Positions 31,580-32,000 of a DNA stretch of 32,000 bases are shown here, piece by piece. The stretch comes from Microcystis aeruginosa NIES-2549 (GTDB lineage: Bacteria > Cyanobacteriota > Cyanobacteriia > Cyanobacteriales > Microcystaceae), in NCBI RefSeq assembly GCF_000981785.2, contig NZ_CP011304.1, forward strand, positions 1,860,001-1,892,000, in the 5' to 3' direction. The position numbers and the translations under genes were made by a program. The notes under the pieces were generated by a model. The model saw only the letters and a program-made list of their open reading frames with translations. It did no database searches and was not told the DNA's origin. How positions within the stretch are numbered: the first letter of the stretch is position 1; each line of letters starts with the position of its first letter.

Positions 31580-32000
31580 GGCGTTGCATAATAGAGATAT
31601 GAATGGAGGAAATCAAAATGCAATGCCCTGAATGTAAATCTACCCATATCCGTAAAAATGGCATCAATAAACAAGGTAAACAAAATCATATTTGTGTAAC
31701 CTGTGGCCGTCAATTTATTAATAACTATGAAAAACAGAAAGGCTATGACGAAAAAACGAAGCGAGAATGCCTAACTGCCTATGTTAATGGGATGGGATTT
31801 AGAGGAATAGAAAGGCTAAAGGGAGTTCATCATACGACCGTAATTAATTGGGTAAAATCTGTGGGAGAATTATTGCCAGTCGCCTATGACCCAGAAACAA
31901 TTCCTGAAGTAGGGGAACTGGATGAATTGGAAACCTTTGTTGGCTCAAAAAAAACAAAATCTGGGTGTGGACAGCCGTTGACCACTTTAAAAAAGGAATT
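31580..32000 (+). mobile_element. IS1-family insertion sequence, copy 3 (runs off the window)
   Basis: Identical to copy 1 from GGCGTTGCATAATAGAG onward. insA starts at 31603. Confidence 0.9.

Noticed and set aside
1-32000. Search for the DGR template repeat, a reverse transcriptase, cas genes, tRNA or rRNA genes.
   Set aside because: Reading both strands, I found no second copy of the VR-like sequence, no RT motifs (YxDD) in any long ORF, no Cas-like ORFs and no cloverleaf-like or rRNA-like segments. This absence is by eye only and needs a computational scan.

Overview
This is a mosaic accessory region heavily invaded by insertion sequences, and it looks cyanobacterial. The evidence for that is at least six HIP1 octamers (GCGATCGC) plus DUF29, DUF433/DUF5615 and PIN gene families; a Microcystis-like host is only a guess.

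**Left end.** Ordinary genes: the 3' end of a P450 gene, msrP, and two DUF29 paralogs.

**Mobile and toxin-antitoxin content.**
- Six PIN or PIN-like toxin genes, four of them visibly damaged.
- Three near-identical IS1-family copies, a truncated IS630-family copy, and an IS5/Harbinger-like copy.
- One TnpB-only IS200/IS605 element plus four fragments or miniature derivatives of the same family.
- A 213-bp MITE nested inside an IS1.

**Cargo of interest.**
1. A minus-strand operon encodes an RHH protein, a trypco2-like protein and a caspase/FGE-sulfatase protein. The C-terminus of the last has the NNC-codon signature of a DGR variable region. It is followed by the first ~35 codons of an avd gene cut off by IS1. 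No TR or RT is present in the window.
2. A low-GC 1006-aa protein fuses a caspase-fold domain, with both catalytic residues replaced, to a membrane-inserted KAP P-loop NTPase. Next to it lies a leaderless M6-like metalloprotease with two P-domains and a free-standing copy of its own N-terminal domain.
3. A degenerate three-repeat orphan CRISPR-like mini-array abuts the TnpB element.
4. A parA/RHH partition cassette is embedded in dozens of ACCAGA/TCTGGT motif repeats. Together with a high-GC integrase island, this suggests plasmid or integrated-plasmid ancestry.
5. A secreted VHL-beta-domain-like protein and a two-repeat ricin-type lectin.

**Rearrangement.** An ASCH gene was split by an IS200/IS605 element, and its halves now lie 24 kb apart in the wrong order.

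All functional calls come from motif recognition by eye, not from database searches.
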